Assembly (NCBI GenBank): GCA_965240325.2
Contig: OZ251228.1
Coordinates: 186,001-250,000 of the forward strand
Direction of reading: 5' to 3'
DNA: 64,000 nt
Source of the DNA: Rebecca billardiae RCC1528
Taxonomy: Eukaryota > Protista > Haptophyta
A model generated the notes under the pieces. It did no database searches. It was not told the origin of the DNA and saw only the letters and a list, made by a program, of their open reading frames with translations. The stretch's first letter is position 1, and each line of letters starts with the position of its first letter. Shown piece after piece: positions 10,976-22,034 of this stretch. A program made the position numbers and the translations under genes.

Positions 10976-11049
10976 TTGCGCGCATCATGATATGTGCTGG
11001 CGTCATATATAGGGATCCGAATCTATATACATGTACATATATATATATG

Positions 11050-12052
11050 CCTGCGAGCCTCCATGGATGCGTGCGCGTGGGGCCGGGTTCTGCCACCGTT
11101 CATTGCCAACAGCAACTGGGCACGGACCTGCGACGAGGCATGCCGCCTTTCCCCACGCGCCCTTCAGGTTGTCCCGGCTCAGCCGGTCGCTTCGGCGGCC
11201 GACGGGCCCTCGGCCGGCTCCCCCTTCCCGGGGACTCAGTGGGGCACCGCCAGGAGTGTCTCGCGGCGGGCGGGCCGAGCACGCGGGTCGCCAGCTGACC
11301 CCGCGACGTTCGATTCGACTGCTCTGCGCTGGCACGTGCACGCGGAGATCAACCACACGCAGCGGGTCCGGGATAGGCACTGGCACCCTCTTTCTCCAGC
11401 CGGCCGCCGGCTGCATCGCCTCGGGGGACGATGCAGCAGGTGGACGCCGCTGCACCCATCTGGCCCTTGGCGCTGGCCTCCTCCGTGCCCCTCGCTCCAC
11501 CCTAGGTGGGGCAGGGGGTGCGGGGTGTGACGCGCCCGGAGGCCAGGTTCCCCAGCATCAAGCACTGCATCTGCAGCAGCCCGCCGGCGGGCCGGGCTGC
11601 GACATCGACCACAACCTCATCTGCTTCATCGCCCAGAGCGCGCTAGGCGGCGCGCTCACTCTCCAAGCCCCTCTTCTGCAGCTGCGCGCCGCTTGGCCGG
11701 CGCGCGGCGACGCGTACTACGACCTCATCCTCATCCAGGCGCCCATGCGGGCGCACGGGGGCGACAGCCGCGGCTGCCGCTTGCCGGAGCTGCTCGCCGC
11801 TAGGTCGGCGGGCGGCGACATCGACTACGACCTCACCCTCATCCAAGTGCTCCGGAAGGCGCTCGGCCGCGGCGGCATCTGCCGTCGCCGCCGCGTGCCC
11901 CAGGCCGAGGCGGTGCTCCATCCCGGCCCCGCTCCCGTAGGGGGGCAGGGCTGCGGGTGGCGCACTGTCTGACCTGGACGGAAGGCGCGGACGCATTCTA
12001 TGTGTCTGTTGCACTCTGAGCCTGACGCTTGTCCGATGCTGCCACGCCGTTA
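11050..12052 (+). mobile_element. Non-autonomous repeat (SINE-like or truncated) ending in the CRE-like 3' tail; copy A
   Basis: 11635-12052 is near-identical to 16899-17321 and to the inverted 14971-15315. Ends CTGACGCTTGTCCGATGCTGCCACGCCGTTA then (TA)n. Starts after a TA-rich tract. Confidence 0.7.
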
Positions 12053-12289
12053 ATATATATGACCGCGTTCCGCGGTCCTTCCGTAGAACCAACGTAGTTA
12101 GGGGCCGCCGCGGTGCAACCTCCGTCGGCTGCTGGCATCGACTATCAGTCTGACTGACATATGGCGGGCCGAGGACTGTCGCCGCGTGCCGCGCGGCGGG
12201 AAGCGCGGCCGCCGGCGGGCGGCGCGCGCGCGCACGGGGCGAGAGGCGCCGCGCGGCGCGGGCCGGCGCGTGCGGCGGCGTGCGGGCGC

Positions 12290-12830
12290 ACCTGCTTGAG
12301 GTGCTCGCGCTGCGCCATGCGCTCGACGACGGGCCGCTGGTCGCTCAGCCGGCGCGCCTCGTGCCGGCACAGAGCGAGAGCGCGCGCCCAACTACCAGCG
12401 GGCATTGCTGGCCCCGGCCTGCGCTGCGCAGGGTTCCGCGCACCGATCGCCAGAGGCGAGACCGAGAGGAGCTCGGAGTGGAACGAGGCGAGCGGCGCGT
12501 CGCGCCTGCCGCCGCGCGTGCGCGCCTGCCTCCACCGCGCCGCCGTGCTCGCCCGCCGCCTCCTCGTCCGCCGCGTCGGCCTCGAATAAGCCACGGCGGC
12601 GGCCAGCCAGCGCGGCAGGCTGACAATCGGCAGCCCGTGGCCGTGCGTGCTCGCCGAGTTGCTGCTGCTGCACCTCCGGCGCGGTCGACGACCGAGTTGA
12701 GGAGGAGCTCGCGCTCAGCGTCGAGGAGCGAGCTCGCGAGCTCGAGCTCGCCCTTCAGCCGCGCTAGCTCCGGGCGCATCCGGCTCATCTCCGCTGCTGC
12801 GTGCCGTCGCGGCGCGCTCCCGTCCTCATT
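12290..12830 (-). pseudogene. Captured host gene fragment (coiled-coil-like) retaining intron-like segments
   Basis: Pieces MSRMRPELARLKGELELASSLLDAERELLLNSVV, GLFEADAADEEAAGEHG and WARALALCRHEARRLSDQRPVVERMAQREHLKQ lie in different frames, followed by a GTGCGC donor. Confidence 0.4.
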
Positions 12831-13467
12831 CCTCAATCAAGCGACGAGCTCGCGTAGTGCTCCGGACTCGGCTCGCCCTTGCGCGCTCCTCCTCGAGCGA
12901 CGAACGCGCCCGCGGGCAGGTTGTTGGGCGCGCGCCGACTCGGCGTGACTCGGCCACGCGGCCCGGCAAGACGCCGACAGACCGGTGCGGGCGCGCTCGG
13001 TGACGGAGCGGAGCGCGAGGGCCGGGCGAGACGGACGGAGTAGACGCGGGGCCTGCGAGGCGACAGGCGCGCTCGGGGAGAGCAGAGTGCGAGGGCGAGA
13101 GGCAGCCGCCGGCCGGCCCCCGCCACCACCTCGCGCACCGCGGCGAATAAATACTGCGGCGGCACGCGCACGCACGGAGTTCCCGGTCCGAGACTGCGGC
13201 GGCACGCGCACGCACGGCGGAGTTCCCGGTCCGAGTCAACGGGGCTCCACGCGTCGCGGCTCGCGCCGGCGCATACCGGCGCCGCGAGTCGTCAATCAAG
13301 GCCTTGCCCCATAGTGCAATTTATTCGTCTGCTGTATATTCCGATATTCGTCACGAATACCCGCCTACGGAGTGATCATCTTTTCGGCCTGCTATGCTGT
13401 CGGCAATGGCATACCCCCGCCCCCTCTGGAGGCGGGCTGTCCACAGCGGAGTGGTGTCAAGGCACTC

Positions 13468-13590
13468 GGTGTATCGGTCAGTGGTTTGAGGTTGGGTGAG
13501 GGTGGTGGTTGGTTGGGGGCTGGCCAGGGTAGGGCTGGAGGCTTCGGCCGCCAGTCTGATCACCCGGAGCCCGTTATAAAGGGGAATTTT
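13468..13590 (+). repeat. Dispersed element terminus 'GGTGTATCGG...'; inverted copy at 22311-22432, diverged copy at ~40880-41048
   Basis: About 120 bp are near-identical to the reverse complement of 22311-22432. The copy ending at 41048 abuts (TA)n. Confidence 0.75.
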
Positions 13591-13592
13591 AA

Positions 13593-14358
13593 AAAAAAGT
13601 GCGCCCTCTAGTGGAGAGCTTCCGCGGGAACCATGTCCATTTATGGAGCGCTCGTTGGAACTTGAGCGGGGGTGGAACTTGACACCGCATTTCCCAGCGA
13701 AGTGCCCCATCTCGGCGGGGCTGGCACGGTCGGCACACGCTCCTGAGCGCTCGCTTTGCGGTGCGGCAGGCCTTGGGCAGCCCAGACAGACATGCCGCGA
13801 CCGAATTACCGGGCCATGCGCGCACCACACCCGCGCTACATGGCCTACGCGCTGGACGACTGAGAGGCAACGCCGAACCACTGCATTCCACTGCCCCGCG
13901 TGCACCCCGAGTCACCTTCAGAGGGCGTCGACGAGCGCAGAGCGGGTGCGTGGGAGTTCGACCAACTCGTGTACCTTCTTGCAAGCACCAGCGGCGAGGT
14001 CGCAAGCCGACCCTTGACCAGCCGTGGAACTTGAGCTGGTCGGCAGCAAAACCACCGTTCAACCCGGATCAAGTTAGCAGCGTGCGAGGAGGAGGCGCGG
14101 TGCGCGTCCGCGGCTGGCTAGAGGCGTCCGGACCGTGCCATTCTCGGCCGCGCCCGCGCGCTTCCCGCCGCCGCGGGCCCCGTGTACGCCCGTCGTCGCC
14201 CTCGCCGCGCGGGCGCCAAACCGGCGTCAAGTTCCAACGAGCGCTCCATACGACCATGCACGTTCAACCGTATCAGTCGCAGAAGATTGAACGTGAATGA
14301 ACGGGAACCCCCTTGGTAGAATACCCTGCTACTGTAGGACCCCCGTGCACATGCACTT
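13593..14358. mobile_element. TTAA-flanked TIR element (Kolobok/piggyBac-type target), non-autonomous
   Basis: TTAA|AAAAAAGTGC...GCACTT|TTAA. Perfect 24-bp subterminal IR at 13642-13665 / 14227-14250. The paralogous site at ~22310 has a single TTAA. Confidence 0.6.
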
Positions 14359-14886
14359 TTAAAAAACACGTCCGGCCCTGGGTCCGGTTGGTCCCGGACT
14401 GATGGCGACCAAGTTTTGTTCCGTATGAATATTTACAACAAATCGCAGCTAGATATTCGTTCACTACCCAGATATACTGACAAATGCACGTCCACAGGCT
14501 CACGTCCGTCCGTAGATACAGGAATTGGAGCGGGCGCGGCTATTTCGTCAATCGCATCTTGAGGCTAATGGAGAGCAAAGGGCCAACGTACCCCTCGAAA
14601 AAGCGAAAACTCACCCTCCAACAGCCCTCAAAATCGTCCCCCGTCCCCTTTTCTTTGATCAAAAGATCTTTTTGACAACGTAGTGAGGGCCCCCGGCGGG
14701 GCTCCACGCTACGCGCTCCGCCCTACACCACGGGCCATAATATATATATAGTAACGACGTGGTATGTCAACGGGCAAGCGTCATCAGGCCCGGGGCCGGG
14801 CTCAGAGTGCAGCGCTGAGCGCGCATATGATACGTGTGTACTCACAGTACTGTCGATCTGTGTCACAGTGATGTGTGTACATTATT

Positions 14887-14889
<3 letters not shown>

Positions 14890-14936
<47 letters not shown>

Positions 14937-14970
14937 TATATATCTATATATATATATAGATATATATATA
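14890..14970. repeat. (TA)n microsatellite, interrupted
   Basis: Direct observation. Confidence 0.95.
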
Positions 14971-15464
14971 GAATGCGTTCGCGCCTTCCTGATGTTCCAA
15001 CCTGCCTGCAATAACCATCGTCAGGTCAGGCAGTGCGCCACCCGCAGCCCTGCCTCCCTACAGGAGCGGGGCCGGGATGGAGCACCGCCTCGGCCTGGGG
15101 CACGCGGCAGCGACGGCAGATGCCGCCGCAGCCGAGCGCCTTTCGGAGCACTTATATTGGATGAGGGTGAGGTCGTAGTCGATGTCGCCGCACGCCGACC
15201 TAGCGGCGAGCAGCTGCGGCAGGCGGCAGCCGCGGCTGTCGCCCCCGTGCGCCCGCGCGTGGGCGCCTGGATGAGGATGAGGTCGCAGTACGCGTCGCCG
15301 CGCGCCGGCCAAGCGGTATAACTGAGTGTCTAGAGATGCGTGACGCCAAGAATCCGACGGCTCGTACATGGCGCCATTATGACACTTTCTACTTTCTAGC
15401 CCTCGGAAGTGAGCCTGCACTGCACGGACGGAAGTCCTGCGCGGCGACCGGACACCGCGCCGCC

Positions 15465-15630
15465 GCATTCACGCCGTCCCCCCCCTCGTAGTCGCCTATT
15501 ACTCTGAGGACATCGCCGAGCGGAAGCCCGACGGCACCGTCTGGCGTCGACGCGCGCGCGCTGCCACCGCGGTGGTCGCCCGCGGTCAGCCACGCGTCGT
15601 CAGGCCCGGTCGTCTCGAAGTCTCGAACTC
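15465..15630 (-). pseudogene. Fragment of the CRE-like ORF C-terminus and 3'UTR
   Basis: DFETTGPDDAW...DHRGGSARASTPDGA matches DYFETTADDAWHRDHRGGACASTPDGA at 44026-44105. The following GGCGACTA(C/T)GAGGGGGGGGACG is also shared. Confidence 0.75.
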
Positions 15631-15827
15631 TCGAAGTAGTCGTCAGCACATATATACACATATATATATATATACGACACTACGCATTCTGTGTCGGTCT
15701 GCTGCACTCTGAGCCTGACGCTTGCCCATTGCATACCACTCGTAGTCGTTAGCGCGCCGGCCAAGCGGCGCGCAGCTGCAGAAGAGGGGCTTGGAGAGTT
15801 ACGAGCGCGCTGCCTAGTGCGCTCTGG

Positions 15828-15940
<113 letters not shown>

Positions 15941-16310
15941 TATATTATTGGGATTACCGCAAGCTCCGAGCGTCGTCTCGAGCCCTGCTAAAAGCTCACC
16001 GCGCACGACAGGACGGACGCCACCGCGAGGATCACATGCCTCGCGATGTCATCAGCTCTCAAGCCTCTGAACCTGGCCCTTTCCGGCGCTCTTGCGCCGG
16101 GCCAAAACAGCGATCGAGCTCCGATCGCTCCTGGGCTCGGGGCGGTAGTATCATCGCCGTGCCGACTTACCCAGATTTTGCCGCGATCAGCCAATCGGCG
16201 ATCGCACCGTCCGTCCTGTTGCCGCTCAACTTTGTACCACTGCTTCTCGTCCATGTCCGGTGCTGCTCACCTGCTTTCCTTGGACAAATCCAGTGTACCA
16301 GCATGACGCC

Positions 16311-16500
16311 CGCGCTGCTCCGCGCTGCTCCGCGCTGCTCCGCGCTGCTCCGCGCTGCTCCGCGCTGCTCCGCGCGCTCCGCGCTGCTCCGCGCTGCTCC
16401 GCGCTGCTCCGCGCTGCTCCGCGCGCCCGCGCCGCTGCGCCCGCGCCGCTGCGCCCGCGCTGCTCCGCGCCCGCGCCGCTGCGCCCGCGCTGCTCCGCGC
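16311..16500. repeat. 10-bp minisatellite (CGCGCTGCTC)n with degenerate distal part
   Basis: Direct observation. Confidence 0.9.
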
Positions 16501-16778
16501 CCGCGCGTCTGCTGCCGCGCGCGTCCTGGACGCGCGCGCTGCCAGCCACTGCTCCGCAGCAGCTGCTGCCGCCGGCCCGCCTGATGCGGCGCCAGCCCTG
16601 ACACCCCAGCGGCAACGCCATCTGCTGAGATGCGTGCCCCAGACTGTGCCAGTTCATCCGCACTGCTGCTCTGCAGCAGCTGCGCCGCCGGTCTGCCTGC
16701 TGCAGCACCGGCCCTGACTCACCGCCGGCGACGCCATCTGCTGAGATGCGCGCCCCTGGCCTCGTCAGCTCAACATAT

Positions 16779-17321
<543 letters not shown>

Positions 17322-17863
17322 AATAAATAAATATATATATATATTATAATTGTTATCATATTTCTATTTTTGATGATGCCCTGGTAGCACTGTCTGATTG
17401 TAGTCATCATTCGGATGGCGACTCGCTCACGCTGCTAAAGTATCTCAACGTTGGTCTTTGCCGTGCAGAGGAGAGCGACAGCGCTGCAGCTGCTGGGTCA
17501 GGGCCGTACCGGCAAGGGCGCCCGTACTGTAGCTGTACTGTGTACATACCCCCATAGTAGTAGTAGTACATGCGGAACATGCCTGTGGTGGTCCGGACGA
17601 CGACGACATTCCGGTTCATCAGGGCGAACGGAAATCGGCAATAAAATTAAATCGCCGCGATTCGCCACCCACGAGGCCCGCGGTAATCACGTCATCAATA
17701 CGAATGGCCGTGGGAGCTTACGCAGCGGCCGCCGTCGAGGCTGGCGCGATCCTGGCGGTGGACACGGCAGCATGGCTGGTGGGTGACATTGCGCGCATCG
17801 CCGCCGAGCCGATGGCCTCGGTCGTCAGTCACGGCCGCGCGCACCAACCGATATATATATATA

Positions 17864-19738
17864 GAGCCGACGTCAGTTGTATTGCCGCTTTGGATAGTGT
17901 GGTCAGTTGTATTGCCAAAAGCACGTTATGACTACCGTGGTCAGTTGTATTGCCGTTTTCAGTAGTATGGGTCAAGAATATTGCCGCTTTTGGATAGTGT
18001 GTCAACAATATTGCCCCTCAAATACTGGTTTCAAACCAATGACCCTTTCACACTACTTGGTTCACGAATATTGCCGTTTTCGAGCTTGAACATAGTCAGC
18101 TCAGAAATATTGCCCTTTCCATAACTATGTGTCAGTTGTATTGCCGCCAGCAGCTGGTGGCTGGGGCACGCGACTCGCACTCAGACAAGAGACTCGCGCA
18201 GCCCGTGTGCGCGTGCGTGCAGAGCTGCGACTGCCTGCGCGCGGCATGCAGGATACGCGACTGCAACCAACCGACATGCCATCATCATGCGGCCTGCGTA
18301 GCTCATCTTGACTTCCAGTAGCAGTCGGCGCTTCCCGTCGCCGTCGCGCTTGCCGCCCGCCGGCGGCCGGCCGCCAGCGCCATCGGGACTGCTGCTACTT
18401 CAGCGGCCACGTGAGCCGCATCGCGTCCCATGCCGCTGCACGCGCCGCCTTAAGCTGCGACCGCGCTCGCCAAGCCTGCCACTCGGGTTCCAGCAGCAGC
18501 AGGAAGCGTCGCCTGCCCCTCCTGCTTGCTGGCTCGTCGAGGCGCGCGCGGCGCACCGCCCGCCAGTCGGTGCGTTGTGTCCCAGCTGGCAGTACGCCTT
18601 GGACTTCCTCCTCCACGGGCCAATCAGCCTGCGTTGACGAGTGCGATTGGCGCATGGTCAGCCACCTGCACACGGTTGGCCACAGGGCAGTCTGCTGTTG
18701 GAGTGATGACAATCGCAAAAAGGCACGCGCCAGCAGTGTTGCACGAGCGAGAGCGACGCGCGTTGGTTGATCGCCACGGTGTGAATGACAGTCGATGGCA
18801 GGCAGTGAGGGGGACGCGCGTCGCGTTGGTTAAGCTCCTTGAGGCCGTTGAAGAGCACACGCCCGTCGTGCACGTTCGACTCCCGCGAATCGGGGCGCAG
18901 CAACACACGCTCACCCTGCTTCACGCATGCACCTGCATGCGCTGCCGTCGCAATGTCATCGACTGCGCGCTTGACGGTCCCGGAGTCGGAGTGACCACGG
19001 AGCAACGCCCATTCGATAGAAGTCGCGACGGATTCTCGCCCGTCTCCGCGTAGACGGCGAGTAGCCCGAGGTGCACGCGCGTGTTGCACTGCGCGCGCAT
19101 GCGGCAGCGTTTGTGCAGATTCCGGTCCACTGTTCAGCTCGTCGTTCGACTTGATGATGTCGAGGAACACGGCGCTACCCCGGCAGAGATCGTCGTCGTT
19201 GAACGTCACTCGGCCTGGGATCAGCTAGGCCTGCTCAAGGGCACGCCGCGCACGCCGGCGGCGCGTGGGCGCAAGCGCCATCATCAGCGCGTGGGCGATC
19301 GCGCGGCAACAAACCTGAATCAAAGATGCGCAAACGGCAACACAACTGACCCACACTACGCGACGGCAATACAGCTGGACAAAGTATTGGGCCATCATCC
19401 ACGGCAACAGGGGCGTTCCCCGCATCGGTCATACGCCAAATTGAACCGTCTTCCTATTGGCTTCCTATTGGAACGGGCTTCGTCCATTTGAAGCGGGTAC
19501 ATTGAATACGGAAAAAGGCAAAGCCCCCCCAGGGGGGGCTTTGCTTTTCGGGAGCGTGTGGCAGGATCCCGGGAACGCCCTTGACACCTGACACAAGTAT
19601 TCGACGTTGGCAACAAGATTGACACGTGATTCCCAAACATGGAAAACGGCAATACACCTGACCACGGTAGTCAAAACGTGCGTTTGGCAATACACCTGAC
19701 CACACTTTCCAAAACGGCAATACAGCTGACATTATCTC
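17864..19738. mobile_element. Non-autonomous DNA transposon with ~105-bp TIRs built from repeated GTCAGnTGTATTGCC units, inserted in (TA)n
   Basis: 17872-17971 is the approximate reverse complement of 19632-19730. GAG...CTC termini. TA runs on both sides. Only degenerate coding remnants inside. Confidence 0.8.
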
Positions 19739-20933
19739 ATATATATATATGTGTACACGCAGCTCGACGCCAGGGCCCAGCCGATGATGATTGATGATGA
19801 GGCTGCGCCTGCGTGTTACCGAGCACCTCATCAAGCAGTAGGAGCTGCTGCTGGTGGTCGATGATATGTATAATGGGATTGTCGATCAGACGAGCGGCGC
19901 GTGTCCGCAACTTTGGGAGCGGCCGGCTCGTTGATCCTCGTTGAGGCACACACTGTGGTCCCACCGACTGTCCTGACAGGCGGACAAATTCGCTGTCGTC
20001 TGTCGATGAATCCCGGGAGCAGGCCACCGGCGCGGCACTGCGGACCAGACAGGGGCGGGATGGGCGGGCCAAACAAAGCAGCTGCTGGTCGTTTGCTGCT
20101 GCGCTGCTGCGTGGTGCACGTGCTCAGCCGAGGGACGACTTGCTGAGACGAGTTGATGGTGGGCATCCTGTGGTCGAAGGACGAGGCGAGAGGTATCTGG
20201 CGCGCTCAGGTTGTGCGCTGCCGATTCCCAGCTCGCTGCTCATCGAGAAGCGAGGCGGTGCTCGCGCTGATGACTTGCCGAATGCCCGGGGGCAGCAGCA
20301 TGGCTGGTTCGTCCGCCGCTCTGGCAGGGCACTTTGCTCGTGCACCCGCGGCGTACCCGCAGAAGAGTCCTGAAATTCTGCGAGGGCGGCTGCGACGAAA
20401 CAGGTAAGTGGAGTGCAGAGGCCTCACAGCGAGCCCATCCGTCATGCAGCTCGTACACACTCAGTTACTACTTACTATTGTACCAATAACACCACATATC
20501 GTCTGGCATTTAATGGCGTTTCGTAGCCGCTGAGTGACACTGGCGACGGTGTCGGTGACCGCCCGTGACCGGGCCGACCCGCGGTCCCGGCCGGACCCTG
20601 GGCTGACCGGCGGCCGGACCGCTGGCGGACCGCAAGTCCGCGACACCGGAGTCCGGACTGACCGGTGACCGCTCGTGCACGGGTCGGCTGACACTGAGTG
20701 CCGCTGCACCGACACGGCCCGGCGCCAGCGATCCATCAGACATCGTTGCCAGTGCCAGTGATGAAGCTTGGCCAGTGTGGCGCTGTCAACTACGGAGCGG
20801 GGCGAGCCCTGCATTCCCGGAGTAGCGGGACCGGAGCGATGCAGCGCATTGCGGCCATTGCCGGGTAGTGCAACCCGGCAATGCCCGCCAGACGAATGAA
20901 CGATAATGTAAACAGTCGATCGTGCCCTTGGAT

Positions 20934-22034
20934 TCAAATGATGGCCAGTGCGGTAGCAGGCAGGCGGCGGCGGCGAGCAGCGACGAGGACGAGCGCGAGG
21001 ACGAGCGCCGTGCCCAGTGTGCCGGCAACGAGCAATGCCGCCGTACCCAGGGCAGCCTCGTCATCTGACGCCAGCGCGAGGAAGCGGGAAGAGGGCTTGA
21101 ATGTGTGCATGCCGGCTGGGCAGTCGTTCAGGATGAGGAGGCAAAGCGCACGCTTGATGACAGAGGGCAGAGTGGCTGCAAGCTGCGCGCGCAGTCGGCC
21201 GCGTGGGCAGCACAGCAGACAGGCGTCACGGTAGGCCGGGCGGCGGCTGAGCGCGCACGCGCGGAGCGGCTGCAGGCGGCCCGCCGTCGGCCCGGCTCGT
21301 TGGGCAGGCGCGAGCACGAGCGCATGCGTGAAGGGCGCAGGCACAACCCTGTGTATCTCGCGCCACCGGAGCACATGGGCACGCGCACACGGCTGGGCGC
21401 GGCGCATGCGCGCGCACCATGAAGACGCATACGGGGCCACAAACTGCCAGCGGTGGCGGTGGCGGCGCCGGCGATGGCGGCGGCGACGACGGTTGTGGCG
21501 GCGCCGGCGATGGCGGCGGCGACGACGGTTGTGGCGGCGGCGGCGATGGCGGCGGTGACGGTTGTGGCGGCGGCGGCGATGGCGGCGGCGACGGTTGTGG
21601 CGCCGGCGGCAATGGCGGCGGTGAGTCTGCCCCGGCGCAGAAGTTTTCGAGGGTGGAGGCGACTTCCGCTGCGGCACGCTGGGTGGGGAAGGCGGGCGGC
21701 GCGGTCATGAACCAGTCCCCGTTGTTGCATATCGCAGTCGCGGTAGAGAACGGGATCGAGAGCATGAAGCCGGGCATGCAAGTCACCGGGCAGGTAGCTG
21801 CGTTGGTGACTGTACCGCACAGCACCGCGCGTGGGGCCGCGCAGGGACGCCGTGTCAGGTTCGGCGGCGGCGGAGAGTAAGCGACCGCGCGGCGCTGTGA
21901 GCCCGCGGACGCCTCGACGCGAGCAGCGGCGTCGTACTCTCTTGATCGGGGCCCCATCCGCAGCCGCTATCTACGATGAGGGCAGGGGAGAGAAGCGCAA
22001 ACAGCACGGATGACGGACAGCCCGACGCCGACAT
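20934..22034 (-). CDS. Small type-I membrane/cell-surface protein: Cys-rich module, Pro-rich stalk, Cys-rich module, C-terminal TM (spliced; 5' exon uncertain)
   Basis: ATCPVTCMPGF...AICNNGDW, then PPPPQPS repeats. An intron at ~21417-21272 gives M|PLRACALSRRPAYRDACLLCC. TM AALLVAGTLGTALVLALVLVAA followed by RRRR. Candidate signal peptide from ATG 22034. Confidence 0.55.

Larger units (their letters stand above)
12060..14737 (-). mobile_element. Helitron2/Helentron-like non-autonomous element, copy 1, with captured gene fragment and nested insertions
   Basis: Both ends are homologous to 24200.. and ..32695. Terminal hairpin GACCGCG-TTC-CGCGGTC. Imperfect asymmetric IR. Flanked by TA runs. 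Confidence 0.55.

Noticed and set aside
13152-13234. ~40-bp tandem duplication (similar ones at 33610-33780 and 34090-34182)
   Set aside because: Simple local slippage-type duplications with no further structure.
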